A stretch of 64,000 nt of DNA from Minisyncoccota bacterium (GTDB taxonomy: Bacteria > Patescibacteriota > Microgenomatia > UBA1400 > UBA12028). The notes beneath the pieces were generated by a model that had not been told where the DNA came from, made no database searches, and saw nothing but the letters and a program-made list of their open reading frames with translations. Below are positions 30,337-40,779 of this stretch, piece by piece. Location of the stretch: contig DNEP01000006.1 of assembly GCA_003487265.1 (NCBI GenBank), forward strand, positions 3,276 through 67,275. The letters run 5' to 3'. Position numbers and translations under genes: made by a program. Each line of letters opens with the position of its first letter. The stretch's first letter is position 1.

Positions 30337-33300
30337 ATGTTTCCAAGTCCAGAAAGCGTTCGATATCCAGAGCAAAGTAAAATACTTGCGCTGAGGAATT
30401 CAAATTTTACTCTCGAAGATATTAACGAGATCGTTGAACTTTCAAGATATATACAAAATCCTGCCATTCCCTACAATGCTGACCAATCGGAAAGAATTGC
30501 ACAGCTAATTACACAATGGAGAACGGGACACCCAGCGCCTACTACAAGTTACGAGGCAACGGTAAATGAAATCTTTGATCTTCTTGAGTATTACTTATCA
30601 CAAAAATCCGTACCCCAGCCTTCAGAAACTGCGCCTGAGCTTGAACCCCAAACTGATAGCGAGCATCTTGGTTCAGTAGAAATAGATGGTGTGAGACTTA
30701 CCCGAGAAGAATATTTTCTCTATCTTGAATCAGTGGGATTCGTAAACAAAAAATTCCGAGATGATAATTCTAAAACATCAGAAGCCTATAATAATGAACT
30801 TTCTGCGTTATATCAATCAGTAAATAAGGTATTGAGTTTTTGGAAAGTGATCGCTTCCCAAGGACCAAATCAGTTTTTAGAAGCAAGTATCGCTCAATTG
30901 GAGAAAGTTTTACATCAGTTCGAGAACACAAAAAAAGAAACTCCTCCAGACAGCGAGGAGAGAAGGCGTCAACTTGTTCATGATATTGTTGCGAACATTA
31001 ATTCGAGAATTGGGGATGAAAAGTACAAGCTTGACTATTCCGCTCTCCGATTTGATCAACAGGAGGGGTTAAATAAGAATGAGCAAACTTTCCTCCATAA
31101 TTTTTTCCGTTTTTTGTTTATGGATGTGTTCAATGAGCGTATTTTAAATAATCCAATTAAGGATGAAAATGGATATCCAAAACTACATTCCGATGTGAAT
31201 TTGTATGATATTACGATTGCAATGGTTGTGGGTATGGATGGAGAAGAATCGACATATTCATTATTAAAATTACTTGATAACATTTTCCCAACAAACATCA
31301 TAAGATCAGCGTTTGAAGAAAAGAATTCGGGGACGTTTGGCAATCGTTTGCTATTCATGCATAAATTACTTTCAATGGAAAGAAAAATTAATAGCATTCC
31401 TTTTACATTTGATTATTTCAAAAAGATGTTTGGGTCTACGAATTTAGGTGGAATACTTGATGATCCGACATCGAATAGTTACTCGCATTATTATCGAAAA
31501 TTTCTGATGAGAGCAATGAATAGACCCGTACTAACAAAAGGCTCTCCTGCATTTTTTGCTGAGCCAGATGAGATGAAAACTTTTAAAGAACATTTAGGGG
31601 AAAAGGATGATTTTTATCTTGGTGTGTTCATTGATTATTTTTCAAATCATCTTGAAGCACATACCGCAATGACAATTCAAAAATATCTTGCACAGGGAAG
31701 ACTTGATCTAATTGAAAACTATCTTGATGACCAAAAATCGACAAATAAAGGGAAATATCGAAAATTTATTACGCCAATAAAACAGAGATTAAATGAAATC
31801 ATCGATGCTCTTCCAGAAGAATACGATAAGAAATACATTAAGGAGCTAGCCAAATGGGCTTTTGTTTTCGCATCATACAGATGGTCATGTAATTTGGGTA
31901 AATTGAGGGCAGACCCTGCAGCAATTCTCGGGGATGAATGGGGACGTGTTAATCATGGATACATGGAATACAAAATGAAAGAAGACGCAAACCGAACGAA
32001 GCGCGCAAGAAGAACGATGAAAAACTTGTTATACGCCCCACTCATTTCATTAGAGCAATATCTCGGAGTTAAAGTTAAGCTTCCCATTTCGTGTATAGAA
32101 CTAGTATATCCTCAAGAATATGATGAAGAAACAAGAAAAGATCTTCGTAAGAAATTTCATAAAAAAGTGTATCACGAACAGACAAAAACGACTACCGATT
32201 TTACTGATGAACGAATTCTTAAACACACAATAGGAATACGCTTTAATCCAGACAAACTTCCAAAAGACTTTGATCCTGTGCTGATGAATGTATACAAAAA
32301 CATGAACCGTAAATTGATCATTCTGCACAAATACGATTTTTCCGAAACACAAGAAGCAGGAATCGTTAAAAATGTGGACACTCAGAGAGCTCGATTGAGC
32401 GCATGCGAAAAGATTCAAAGTGGATCGCTTGTTAAGATACTGGAGAATCCAAACATATCAAGAAAAGAAATATCTGAGATTGTTACTTTATTGCGAGTCA
32501 TTACCGAGATTGAATCCAGCAATCCTATCTTCAACGAAATAAAGAAATCACTTCAAGAGAAAATTTCAGAGATTCAGCGTGGAACTCCCAGTTCATATCC
32601 GAAATTAAGTGATTTGTTGAAAGAACTTGCTCGCACGCCACAAGCAACAGAAGTTTTGTATGCTGAAATTGTATCAAAAGAAACAAGATTACATTTTACG
32701 CAAAGTGAAAACAATCTTCCTGCCCATTTAACCGAAACACTCGCAGTTGCGGAAACAGTATCTATGGGTATTCCAAGGGAATGGGTAATTTGGGAATCCA
32801 TGAACGATAACGCGACGAAAATTTATTCAGAGGCTATGGAATATGTGGCGGCGTTTGCAAAAATGATGTTGTATACAGACCACAGTCCTTTTCCCGATCC
32901 ATCGGTAATGTTGGGGAAGGTTTCTTTAAAAAAGACCGCCTTACAAGCGTGGACAAGCGAAAAAGTTCAAGAATATGTGCATTTTACTGACGAGTGGATT
33001 AAACGTGCATCAATTCAAATCAGTGGGATTAATACTGAGGAAACGAAGAAAAAAATTGAAGAATTCAGCAAAGAACTCGAGTTACGATATACCTGCGCAC
33101 CTATTACGAACAATGAACTTGCATTGAAGACTACGGTTGAAGGAAAAAATCCAGATGACGGAGATGGTCTTGCATATATCATTCAAAATTTGGGGCAATA
33201 TTTCTCGACGGCGTTACTTGCCGGACAGCCGGAAGATGGTGACAAACGACTTTCCTTCTTTATGGATATGTTTAGGGGTGGACATGATCTAAAAATCCGT

Positions 33301-33846
33301 CAAGAATTTCAAGAATTTGTTCGCAATGTGAATAAAAAATCAAAAATGAAACTAGGTGAATATAATTTTTTTACTGCTATCGTGATGTCGTTATTCGAGC
33401 TGTATTTGGATGATTTTGAACCAGACAGAAAAGATGATGAGTTTAATTCAAAAGAACTGTCACATATCGCATTAGCACTTGCTGATCCAAAAAATAAACA
33501 AATAGTGGAATCAGTCATTCCTTTGTTAAAACGAATATCGGAGGCTGGAGAGCAGAAAATTACCGAAAAATCCTTAATTCTTGGGCCAAAGGAGCGCGTT
33601 TTTGTTCGAAAGCTGTATCAAAGAATTATTCAAGAATTACACCTCTTTTTTAGTACGAAAGGTTCCCAAGCGGATATGCCTTCTCAGTTTGTGAAGGATC
33701 CTGTAAATGATGTTATATATCTATCTCCTTCCTATTTGGATCAAGAGCTTCGTTCACGAAGAATTATTGGGACAATTCAATACTTCAAAGATTCGTTATA
33801 TGAAAAACCACTCCACTCAGAAGAAAAAGACGGAAAAGGACATTAG
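30337..33846 (+). CDS. Large hypothetical protein (1169 aa, AT-rich)
   Basis: Long ORF; TGgTAAAAT-N6-ATG; no TM or recognisable motif. Confidence 0.75.
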   Translation: MFPSPESVRYPEQSKILALRNSNFTLEDINEIVELSRYIQNPAIPYNADQSERIAQLITQWRTGHPAPTTSYEATVNEIFDLLEYYLSQKSVPQPSETAPELEPQTDSEHLGSVEIDGVRLTREEYFLYLESVGFVNKKFRDDNSKTSEAYNNELSALYQSVNKVLSFWKVIASQGPNQFLEASIAQLEKVLHQFENTKKETPPDSEERRRQLVHDIVANINSRIGDEKYKLDYSALRFDQQEGLNKNEQTFLHNFFRFLFMDVFNERILNNPIKDENGYPKLHSDVNLYDITIAMVVGMDGEESTYSLLKLLDNIFPTNIIRSAFEEKNSGTFGNRLLFMHKLLSMERKINSIPFTFDYFKKMFGSTNLGGILDDPTSNSYSHYYRKFLMRAMNRPVLTKGSPAFFAEPDEMKTFKEHLGEKDDFYLGVFIDYFSNHLEAHTAMTIQKYLAQGRLDLIENYLDDQKSTNKGKYRKFITPIKQRLNEIIDALPEEYDKKYIKELAKWAFVFASYRWSCNLGKLRADPAAILGDEWGRVNHGYMEYKMKEDANRTKRARRTMKNLLYAPLISLEQYLGVKVKLPISCIELVYPQEYDEETRKDLRKKFHKKVYHEQTKTTTDFTDERILKHTIGIRFNPDKLPKDFDPVLMNVYKNMNRKLIILHKYDFSETQEAGIVKNVDTQRARLSACEKIQSGSLVKILENPNISRKEISEIVTLLRVITEIESSNPIFNEIKKSLQEKISEIQRGTPSSYPKLSDLLKELARTPQATEVLYAEIVSKETRLHFTQSENNLPAHLTETLAVAETVSMGIPREWVIWESMNDNATKIYSEAMEYVAAFAKMMLYTDHSPFPDPSVMLGKVSLKKTALQAWTSEKVQEYVHFTDEWIKRASIQISGINTEETKKKIEEFSKELELRYTCAPITNNELALKTTVEGKNPDDGDGLAYIIQNLGQYFSTALLAGQPEDGDKRLSFFMDMFRGGHDLKIRQEFQEFVRNVNKKSKMKLGEYNFFTAIVMSLFELYLDDFEPDRKDDEFNSKELSHIALALADPKNKQIVESVIPLLKRISEAGEQKITEKSLILGPKERVFVRKLYQRIIQELHLFFSTKGSQADMPSQFVKDPVNDVIYLSPSYLDQELRSRRIIGTIQYFKDSLYEKPLHSEEKDGKGH

Positions 33847-33898
33847 TATCATCCGTTAACTACGTGTTTGCAAAGATTTTATTATCGAATTGCTTGTG

Positions 33899-35548
33899 CT
33901 ATTTCAGATCTTCAATTGGAATATCTGCGTAGCCCTCTGGGAATGAAGTTTGTGGTGCGTCAGTGTATGTATTTTCAACTCCAGAGCTTGTCTTCGATTG
34001 AAGATTCTTTTCCTGTAATCCTTTATAAACGCGAGTTCCATACTTCCCACCTCCCATAAACACACCATCTTTCATCCATCCTGGGGTGGACTTCACAAAC
34101 TTCGTTCCACCTGCCAGACCGCCGGCGCCGGGGATTCTGCTCCATTCCATGCCGGGAATAATCTTGTCGCCTTCCCAACCTTTAGTCAAATTCTTCTGAA
34201 TTTCTGGGATGTATTTTTCAAAGAAGCCTTCTTTGGCTCCGGACATTTCCTTTGCGATCTTGATGGAGGAGGGGAGCATCATGAGAATTCCGAGTGCGAT
34301 CAGCGCTTGGGTGGCTCGCACGGCCTCCTGTGTGGAGGCGTTTCTTCCATCTGAAATCAGTGGGGGCATAAATCCACCAGATGTTGATTGATATCCGATA
34401 TCGCCTTTTCCAAATCCTCCAAGTGTCATCGCGAGTAACAGCATCACGAGTACGACGGGGAATGGGAGAAGGCGACCGATCATATTCTTGATCCACTGCA
34501 TAAACCCACCCCCTTGCTCGAGAAGCGTGTTCAGCGCAAGCTCGATTGGTGAAAAAATCAAAGAAACAAGAAAACCAACATACGACTTTACCAGTTCAAA
34601 CCACGTTTGAATGACAACAAACAGCAACGCAATGGAAAGGACAACATTCATCAAAATATTTGAGGTGAGCGAAAGCGCAGAAGAAAACCATTTAATCACT
34701 TCTGGCCCAGAAAGGACGCCGTCGACCATATCACCAACGCCGCTACCAATTGTTTGAATCATGGATCCGTTTGTGCCGCCACCATTCCATACCGCTCCCC
34801 AACCGATTGCGAAGATGCTTTGCGAAAATGCGATCTCGGTTAAGGAGACTTCGACTCCGCCGATTTTTGGATTGTTCATCAAACCAGAAAAGATTCCAAC
34901 AAATAAGTACATCGTCACGTACATCAAATCAACAATTAATCCGGCAATGGCGTAGGAAAAAGTTACAATGATCAAGCTGACAACAACGCGCGGGATTGCG
35001 GTTGCAACGGTCATCACGGCTTGGCCGCCGAGTTTTTGGCGGAAAATAATCGCAAACCCAATCACCACAAAAAATAATGCATAAAATCCGTATGCGACGT
35101 TCAAAAATGTTTTCCAGATTGGAAGAATGGGGGTGAGACTCGCAAAACCAACGCCTCCCACACTTTGTGCGTACGCGGGAGGTGCAAACTTTGAGTGTTG
35201 CGCTAAATCTTGAACGTATTGGCCAACGCCCGCGGGGGGAGTGCGATACATAAACGCAATTGCCCGACCAAATCCAGAAATCGCGCTGTCCTTTGATCCA
35301 CCAGTCGTGTTTGCAATTGAGGCCATATCAAGTAAGAATCCGGTTTTACGCCAACACTCCATAGAAAGGGAGCCTGTTTGCTGACAATGATCATATGCAG
35401 ACTCAGCTGAGTCCATCGTGGGAAAATTGTATTTTTCATCTTCTTGTGCGTATGTTGTTGGAACAGAAACAATAAGTGACAGGAGAATGCCCGAAAAAAA
35501 GATCGCTCCCATTGTAAACACACTAATAAATCGGCGCATACTCACCAT
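33899..35548 (-). CDS. VirB6/TrbL-like polytopic membrane protein
   Basis: WKTFLNVAYGFYALFFVVIGFAIIFR..AIPRVVVSLIIVTFSYAIAGLIVD; multiple TMs; T4SS context. Confidence 0.65.
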   Translation of the reverse strand: MVSMRRFISVFTMGAIFFSGILLSLIVSVPTTYAQEDEKYNFPTMDSAESAYDHCQQTGSLSMECWRKTGFLLDMASIANTTGGSKDSAISGFGRAIAFMYRTPPAGVGQYVQDLAQHSKFAPPAYAQSVGGVGFASLTPILPIWKTFLNVAYGFYALFFVVIGFAIIFRQKLGGQAVMTVATAIPRVVVSLIIVTFSYAIAGLIVDLMYVTMYLFVGIFSGLMNNPKIGGVEVSLTEIAFSQSIFAIGWGAVWNGGGTNGSMIQTIGSGVGDMVDGVLSGPEVIKWFSSALSLTSNILMNVVLSIALLFVVIQTWFELVKSYVGFLVSLIFSPIELALNTLLEQGGGFMQWIKNMIGRLLPFPVVLVMLLLAMTLGGFGKGDIGYQSTSGGFMPPLISDGRNASTQEAVRATQALIALGILMMLPSSIKIAKEMSGAKEGFFEKYIPEIQKNLTKGWEGDKIIPGMEWSRIPGAGGLAGGTKFVKSTPGWMKDGVFMGGGKYGTRVYKGLQEKNLQSKTSSGVENTYTDAPQTSFPEGYADIPIEDLK

Positions 35549-35627
35549 AATGGTTGTATTGTATCGTGTATCGCGATCTCAAACAAGAACGCGGAAAACA
35601 GTTCGCTGGAAATGATAGAATATCGAT

Positions 35628-38228
35628 ATGCGCACGCGAGGTATTTTGTTGATGATTGTCTCTTCGAGTTTTCTTGTTGTAATGGCGTTTTTTCGTCTTT
35701 CTTTTCCATATTCCGCGCATGCGGTGGTCGAAAAATCCATTCCGTTTATTTTTCCTGGGCCCGATGATGCGTTTTTGAACTGTTCTGGTGATAAAGAAGA
35801 ATGTTTTCGAGAGTCCGCCTCACAGTACATTATGACGTGCTCTCCAGAAATCAAGTTGCAGGCGCAGGTTGATCCTGAAAAAATCAATGAACCTATTATG
35901 ATTGACGGAACAGCAACAACACTTGCGGAATATTGTGGAACTGATCCAGAAAATGCAAACTGCGTGTTCAATCCCGTAAGTGGATCGGTGACAAGTCTTG
36001 TACCGAAGTCCGCGAATACCTCACTGTATCGCACAACACAATCTTCGGGGAAGGTACTGAAGGGGAGAACGGAAAGTCTGGAAGGTTTTTTGGCGGGAGA
36101 TGCGGATCCCGAAACGATATTTGATGCAGGTCCATCAAGAAAAATCCAAACCGTGCAACAAAACTGTTCACAGAGTATTCGCTATCTTCTTGCGGTTGAA
36201 TCACTTTGCCGAGAAGAAACGCAGCAAGGCGAGTTTTCCCCAGGGTTCCAGACGCAAAGCGTTATTGATCAATTTTTGAATCAATTTAGTCAGCAGTTCC
36301 AAGGGTGTTCACTTAACGAAAAGATTGGAGATACTTCGTACGCTGAGTTGTTGAGCGCTGTTCGAGAGCGAGCCGGCGGTGAAGGAAAAGAGGAGTTGTA
36401 TTGTCGTTTACCCGAATACCTCGATCCCGACTCTGCGGCAAATAATGACTTGGGAAAGAAGCAGGAATACATTGATAGAGCAAGCAAAATAGACAGTCTG
36501 CGCCCAATCTTGGATCGCGCGTTTTCAAAAGGATACTTGGCAATCGCCAATCAAAAAGGAACGGTGTATTCGGTGATTCCCGTGCTAATTCCTTCGAGTT
36601 TGGGATTGTATGAACAAAACTTTCCCGTGCTTTCTGGTTCAAACAATGTCGGGTTTAATGGACCGCTTCGACAATTAATGAGTATGTATATTACTCAAAG
36701 TCAACTGATGGCGATGCAAGACCAACAAAATCTTGCACAAGAAAAGATTGCGCAAACCATGCGTGCAATCGACAATGAACAACTTGATATAAGTGCGTCT
36801 CCGTACATTGATCCAAATTTTTGTTCAAATCCAAGTACCGACGCGCAAAAAATCGCGTGCCTTTTTGCAGACCGCATAAATGCTGGAATTGCCAACAATG
36901 AGTTTGAAGGACCGGATGGAAATACAACCTGTACATTTTCACCTACAAAAGCCGATGCGGAAACAGCAAAAAAACTGTATTCATCTACGAAGCCGAACTT
37001 TTTAACCACACTGTTTTCCTTTTTTTCACCACCCGATGAATCGTTTTCTGGCACACCTGTTGTATCGCAACCTCAGGTACAAAATGATTCCTCAATTCGT
37101 TCGTTTTTGCTTGTTCCATGCGCCGATTTTTGTTTGATTCGATATACAGAAAAAGCTTTGTTTGGTGCGATGGCGGACACAAACTATGCTTCAAACATCG
37201 AACAACACATCAAAGAAGGAAACTATAAAAGCAATGGCTTTTTGCGATTGTCTGGCATTGCTCCAAAGATCACCTCGTACGTATCCGAAAAAACTTTTCC
37301 TTCTGTTTCTGGATCTCCTGTAACAATTTCTGCGGAGATTGTGCCAACAGGAGACGCAAATCCGTTGATGTTTGGAGGATGGCTTGCTCAGTTGTTTTAT
37401 CTTTACACCGCGGGAGTGACCGCGGATGTAGATTCGCCAGCAAGAGCAGAAACATATCCCACACTTGAAACATACTGGACATCATTCAAAAGCGAATCAT
37501 CGCAGTCAACGGGGACATTTGAGTATTGTTCAGATTACAAAGATCCGAATGATGAAAATGCGTGGATCACTGTTGACGTTCCCACGATCCCAGAAATTAA
37601 ACAGCTCGCCTGTTCCACTGCAGAAAAATACAACGTTCCCGCCTCGATGCTTTGGGGAATATTTCAAATTGAGTCGGGATATGACAACACAAATGTGAGT
37701 TATATCAATATTGCATCGCGCCTCGATCCTGATGTAACAACCTACGCGTGTTCTTTGCAAACAGATGGAAGTTTTAAGCCATTAAATCTCATGGTCAACG
37801 ATTGTCGTGTGAATCTTCCCGAGTTTTTTCCAGATGCGAATCCTCCGCTTTCGGCGCTCCCCGCAAATGGCGAGTCAGAGTTTGTTCGGGGAAGAAATGT
37901 GTGCGAAATCGAAGTAGCGTTCGATGTGATTGCGCAAAGTCTTGCGACCTACAGTAAGGCGAAAACTTTCCAATATCCCGCAGGATCAGCGAAAGCGGGA
38001 ACGCCAAATTGGTACTGGTTGGCTGGTCAGTTTGGTGTTGGCGGAATTATTCAAGAATTTAAACAACAAGAAGAACCATACAAATGCGCCATCCCCGAAG
38101 GTGGTCCGTATGAAAAATGGGCGCATGTAAGCGGGTGTTATGAAAATCAACAAACGCTTTCTGGGGCAAATGTCGATTACTGTACTTGTTTAGTTGAAAA
38201 CTTCCCATTGGATTGTTCAAGTTTATAA
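35628..38228 (+). CDS. Secreted Cys-rich protein with C-terminal lytic transglycosylase (SLT)-like motif
   Basis: Signal peptide; AEKYNVPASMLWGIFQIESG; many Cys. Confidence 0.55.
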   Translation: MRTRGILLMIVSSSFLVVMAFFRLSFPYSAHAVVEKSIPFIFPGPDDAFLNCSGDKEECFRESASQYIMTCSPEIKLQAQVDPEKINEPIMIDGTATTLAEYCGTDPENANCVFNPVSGSVTSLVPKSANTSLYRTTQSSGKVLKGRTESLEGFLAGDADPETIFDAGPSRKIQTVQQNCSQSIRYLLAVESLCREETQQGEFSPGFQTQSVIDQFLNQFSQQFQGCSLNEKIGDTSYAELLSAVRERAGGEGKEELYCRLPEYLDPDSAANNDLGKKQEYIDRASKIDSLRPILDRAFSKGYLAIANQKGTVYSVIPVLIPSSLGLYEQNFPVLSGSNNVGFNGPLRQLMSMYITQSQLMAMQDQQNLAQEKIAQTMRAIDNEQLDISASPYIDPNFCSNPSTDAQKIACLFADRINAGIANNEFEGPDGNTTCTFSPTKADAETAKKLYSSTKPNFLTTLFSFFSPPDESFSGTPVVSQPQVQNDSSIRSFLLVPCADFCLIRYTEKALFGAMADTNYASNIEQHIKEGNYKSNGFLRLSGIAPKITSYVSEKTFPSVSGSPVTISAEIVPTGDANPLMFGGWLAQLFYLYTAGVTADVDSPARAETYPTLETYWTSFKSESSQSTGTFEYCSDYKDPNDENAWITVDVPTIPEIKQLACSTAEKYNVPASMLWGIFQIESGYDNTNVSYINIASRLDPDVTTYACSLQTDGSFKPLNLMVNDCRVNLPEFFPDANPPLSALPANGESEFVRGRNVCEIEVAFDVIAQSLATYSKAKTFQYPAGSAKAGTPNWYWLAGQFGVGGIIQEFKQQEEPYKCAIPEGGPYEKWAHVSGCYENQQTLSGANVDYCTCLVENFPLDCSSL

Positions 38229-38255
38229 CGACAATCGTTCGGAAGTGCGATGTTT

Positions 38256-38696
38256 TTACGGTTGATAAATAGTGAACTGCATGATCGAGGTGACGCCGGT
38301 AAAGTTCGACAAAAACAGCATAATCAACCACGAAGAAATGGCAACCAAAATTCCCAGTAGTGCGAAAGAAAGCGTTTTCTTTCCCGCCTCGGTCATTTTT
38401 GGGTTTCCCCCGCTAAGTAAAAAGGTGAATGCGCCAACAATTAACATAACAAATGATGATAATCCGACTGCCGTGACCGCAATGTTTAATACATTTCGCA
38501 CCACACATTCTAGTCCAGAAAGCGTGGGAATTTCGTATGTTGCTGGGCCGTTTCCTAAATCCATGGTGACTTGTTGAACGCAGCCTTTGGAGGCATTCCA
38601 TTCATTGAGCTTTGTCTGAGCGGAAATTGTTGCGGGTGTTACAAAAGAAACGGAACACAGAACGACGAACGCAATACACGAGGTGAGCAATTTCAT
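38256..38696 (-). CDS. VirB2/TrbC-like pilin 7
   Basis: LIVGAFTFLLSGGNPKMTEAGKKTLSFALLG two-TM hairpin. Confidence 0.8.
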   Translation of the reverse strand: MKLLTSCIAFVVLCSVSFVTPATISAQTKLNEWNASKGCVQQVTMDLGNGPATYEIPTLSGLECVVRNVLNIAVTAVGLSSFVMLIVGAFTFLLSGGNPKMTEAGKKTLSFALLGILVAISSWLIMLFLSNFTGVTSIMQFTIYQP

Positions 38697-38786
38697 ATGT
38701 GTAGTTTAACATACGAACGACCGCTTCTGCATTCGCAGAGATTCGCAAGATGTTTACTAAACCGATTCGAGTACCAATTTGAGTAC

Positions 38787-38814
38787 AAAAAGGCCCCGTT
38801 TTTCAAGCGGGGCC
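38787..38814 (-). terminator. Intrinsic terminator after pilin 38847-39188
   Basis: Minus strand GGCCCCG-cttgaaaaa-CGGGGCC-TTTTT. Confidence 0.8.
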
Positions 38815-38846
38815 AAGGTTTTCAAAATGTATGAAGTGAGTGTGTA

Positions 38847-39188
38847 TTAGAACGGTCGTTTGATCTGATCGCCGAGGTGAAACACATCAATTCCAAAGAA
38901 GTACGCGACAACTTGCATGAGCGCATATGAAGATGCAACGATTGCGAGTCCGACCAAGGAAGCGGTGATTTTGTTTCGAGCGCTTTCGGTCTTGCTCTTG
39001 TCGCCACCGGACATAATCCACTCAATACCGCCAATAACAAGATATGCGAACACCAAAACAGCCGAGATTAACAAGGCCAAATTGAGAACACTTGTAAAAA
39101 GCAACCCAATATCCGTGATTTTTACGTTTCCATCATTGACTGGGTCAATGGTAATAGTTGGCTTTGCTTGTGCGAGAAGTGCGAGCAT
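38847..39188 (-). CDS. VirB2/TrbC-like pilin 6 (candidate major pilin)
   Basis: LVIGGIEWIMSGGDKSKTESARNKITASLVG; strong SD AAGGAGG. Confidence 0.85.
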   Translation of the reverse strand: MLALLAQAKPTITIDPVNDGNVKITDIGLLFTSVLNLALLISAVLVFAYLVIGGIEWIMSGGDKSKTESARNKITASLVGLAIVASSYALMQVVAYFFGIDVFHLGDQIKRPF

Positions 39189-39213
39189 GTATTCCTCCTT
39201 AGACTATGTGTGC

Positions 39214-39242
39214 ATTTTACCTTGTTTACGTGTTCGGTGCAA
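39214..39242 (-). promoter_or_regulatory. Sigma70-type promoter of pilin 6
   Basis: TTGCAC-N17-TAAAAT on minus strand, followed by AAGGAGG-N5-ATG. Confidence 0.7.
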
Positions 39243-39270
39243 GCGGGCGGTGTTTCCCGCGGTTTCGCAT

Positions 39271-39669
39271 TTACAGTACGTAATATTTGTCTTTATCCCA
39301 ATCAACAGGTTTTAGTTGGTCTTGTTTAAGCGGTGTTTTCTCGTTTCCATCCTTTATTTTTTCTAAATTGACGATATTGAGTCCAAAATACCATTGAATA
39401 ATTGCAAAAATGGCGTACGCAGATGCGGTAACCGTGAGCCCAATAATGGCATTGGTGATCATTTGTTTTGCGCTGTCGAGCTTTCCTTTGTCTCCTCCTG
39501 CAAGAACCCACTGTAATCCACCGAAGACTAAATAGAAAAATGTTGCAATACCTGCAATTAACAACAGCGTTCCTGTTGCGGATCCAACGTACTTCCCCAA
39601 GTCAAAAATATTCACAACGGACCCTTCAACTTGCAGGCCTCCTAAAATATCAAGTCGTTGTGTGATCAT
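39271..39669 (-). CDS. VirB2/TrbC-like pilin 5
   Basis: LVFGGLQWVLAGGDKGKLDSAKQMITNAIIG. Confidence 0.85.
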   Translation of the reverse strand: MITQRLDILGGLQVEGSVVNIFDLGKYVGSATGTLLLIAGIATFFYLVFGGLQWVLAGGDKGKLDSAKQMITNAIIGLTVTASAYAIFAIIQWYFGLNIVNLEKIKDGNEKTPLKQDQLKPVDWDKDKYYVL

Positions 39670-39672
39670 ATC

Positions 39673-40026
39673 TTATTTCCCCAACAATCTTGGAAATACA
39701 GGTTGAAGTAGGCTTAATCCAAAGACGCTTTCCACAAACAACGCGATCGCTGCGACACCCGCCAACACCCCAAAACCGACGATGGACTGCATGATCATTG
39801 TCTTTGCGGAATCAATTTTCCCCTTGTCGCCTGCGGCACTCGTCCATTCCCACCCCGCGCGAAGCAAGTTAACAAGAACCATGATTCCACCAAGAACGAC
39901 CAGCGTTTGCCACAACACCGCAATATATGTGGTGAGTACAAGCGCAGAACTCGCAGTATCCTTCACCGTTTGAAGTTTTGTGGGAAGAACAGGATTTGTG
40001 ATCGCTGCTAAAAGCGTTGTGTTCAT
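39673..40026 (-). CDS. VirB2/TrbC-like pilin 4
   Basis: AGWEWTSAAGDKGKIDSAKTMIMQSIVG; TGATG coupling to upstream pilin. Confidence 0.85.
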   Translation of the reverse strand: MNTTLLAAITNPVLPTKLQTVKDTASSALVLTTYIAVLWQTLVVLGGIMVLVNLLRAGWEWTSAAGDKGKIDSAKTMIMQSIVGFGVLAGVAAIALFVESVFGLSLLQPVFPRLLGK

Positions 40027-40424
40027 CAGCATCCTCCCCAAATATTGTTCAAGATGAGGATGGGATTCAAGATATCTATTCCAAGAACCCCACCGACAAT
40101 CCCAATGATCGCCTGCGAAACAATCACGACCACAAGTCCAATCGCCCCGTTAATCATTGATTGTTTTGCTGTGTCGATCTTCCCTTTTTCGCCATTCGCG
40201 GTAATCCACGTGAGTCCCGCGAACACCATGTACACCAAGAACATAAGTCCGCCAAGTGCAGTGAAAAATCCAAGAAAAACAGAGATGAGTGTTTCAAGTG
40301 GTCCAGTTGCAACTGCAGAACAATCGCCACTGAAATTTGGGCTCAATTTTTCACTTGCGCTTTTCACAAATCCAGAGAGAGGATTTGTGCTTGCTTCTAG
40401 TGCTAGTAACTTCTGTAACATCAT
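40026..40424 (-). CDS. VirB2/TrbC-like pilin 3
   Basis: AGLTWITANGEKGKIDTAKQSMINGAIG. Confidence 0.85.
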   Translation of the reverse strand: MMLQKLLALEASTNPLSGFVKSASEKLSPNFSGDCSAVATGPLETLISVFLGFFTALGGLMFLVYMVFAGLTWITANGEKGKIDTAKQSMINGAIGLVVVIVSQAIIGIVGGVLGIDILNPILILNNIWGGC

Positions 40425-40431
40425 TGTTTCC

Positions 40432-40770
40432 TTATGGCGTGACTAGTTTTGGATTGAGGAAGTACGTGGCGTTTCCAAACAACACCCATCCAATAATACC
40501 CATGATAATCGGTGCAGAGACTAACAACAACAACCCCAATATGCTCATGTTGAATTTTTGCATCACTTTTTCGTGTGTTTTTGTATCACCGTTCGAGGTG
40601 ATGTACTGAAATCCTGCGAATACAATGTTAAACAATGCGATTAAGCCACCTACGACTGAAACAAAGACCATCATATTATTGATGAATAGAATGATCTGTC
40701 CACTTGTCCCATAACCGTCTAACGGTGAAGGTTGTGTGATTGTTCCAAAAAATCCATATAGCATAGTCAT
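40432..40770 (-). CDS. VirB2/TrbC-like pilin 2
   Basis: AGFQYITSNGDTKTHEKVMQKFNMSILG; start may be the second Met (40764). Confidence 0.8.
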   Translation of the reverse strand: MTMLYGFFGTITQPSPLDGYGTSGQIILFINNMMVFVSVVGGLIALFNIVFAGFQYITSNGDTKTHEKVMQKFNMSILGLLLLVSAPIIMGIIGWVLFGNATYFLNPKLVTP

Positions 40771-40779
40771 ATTGTACCA

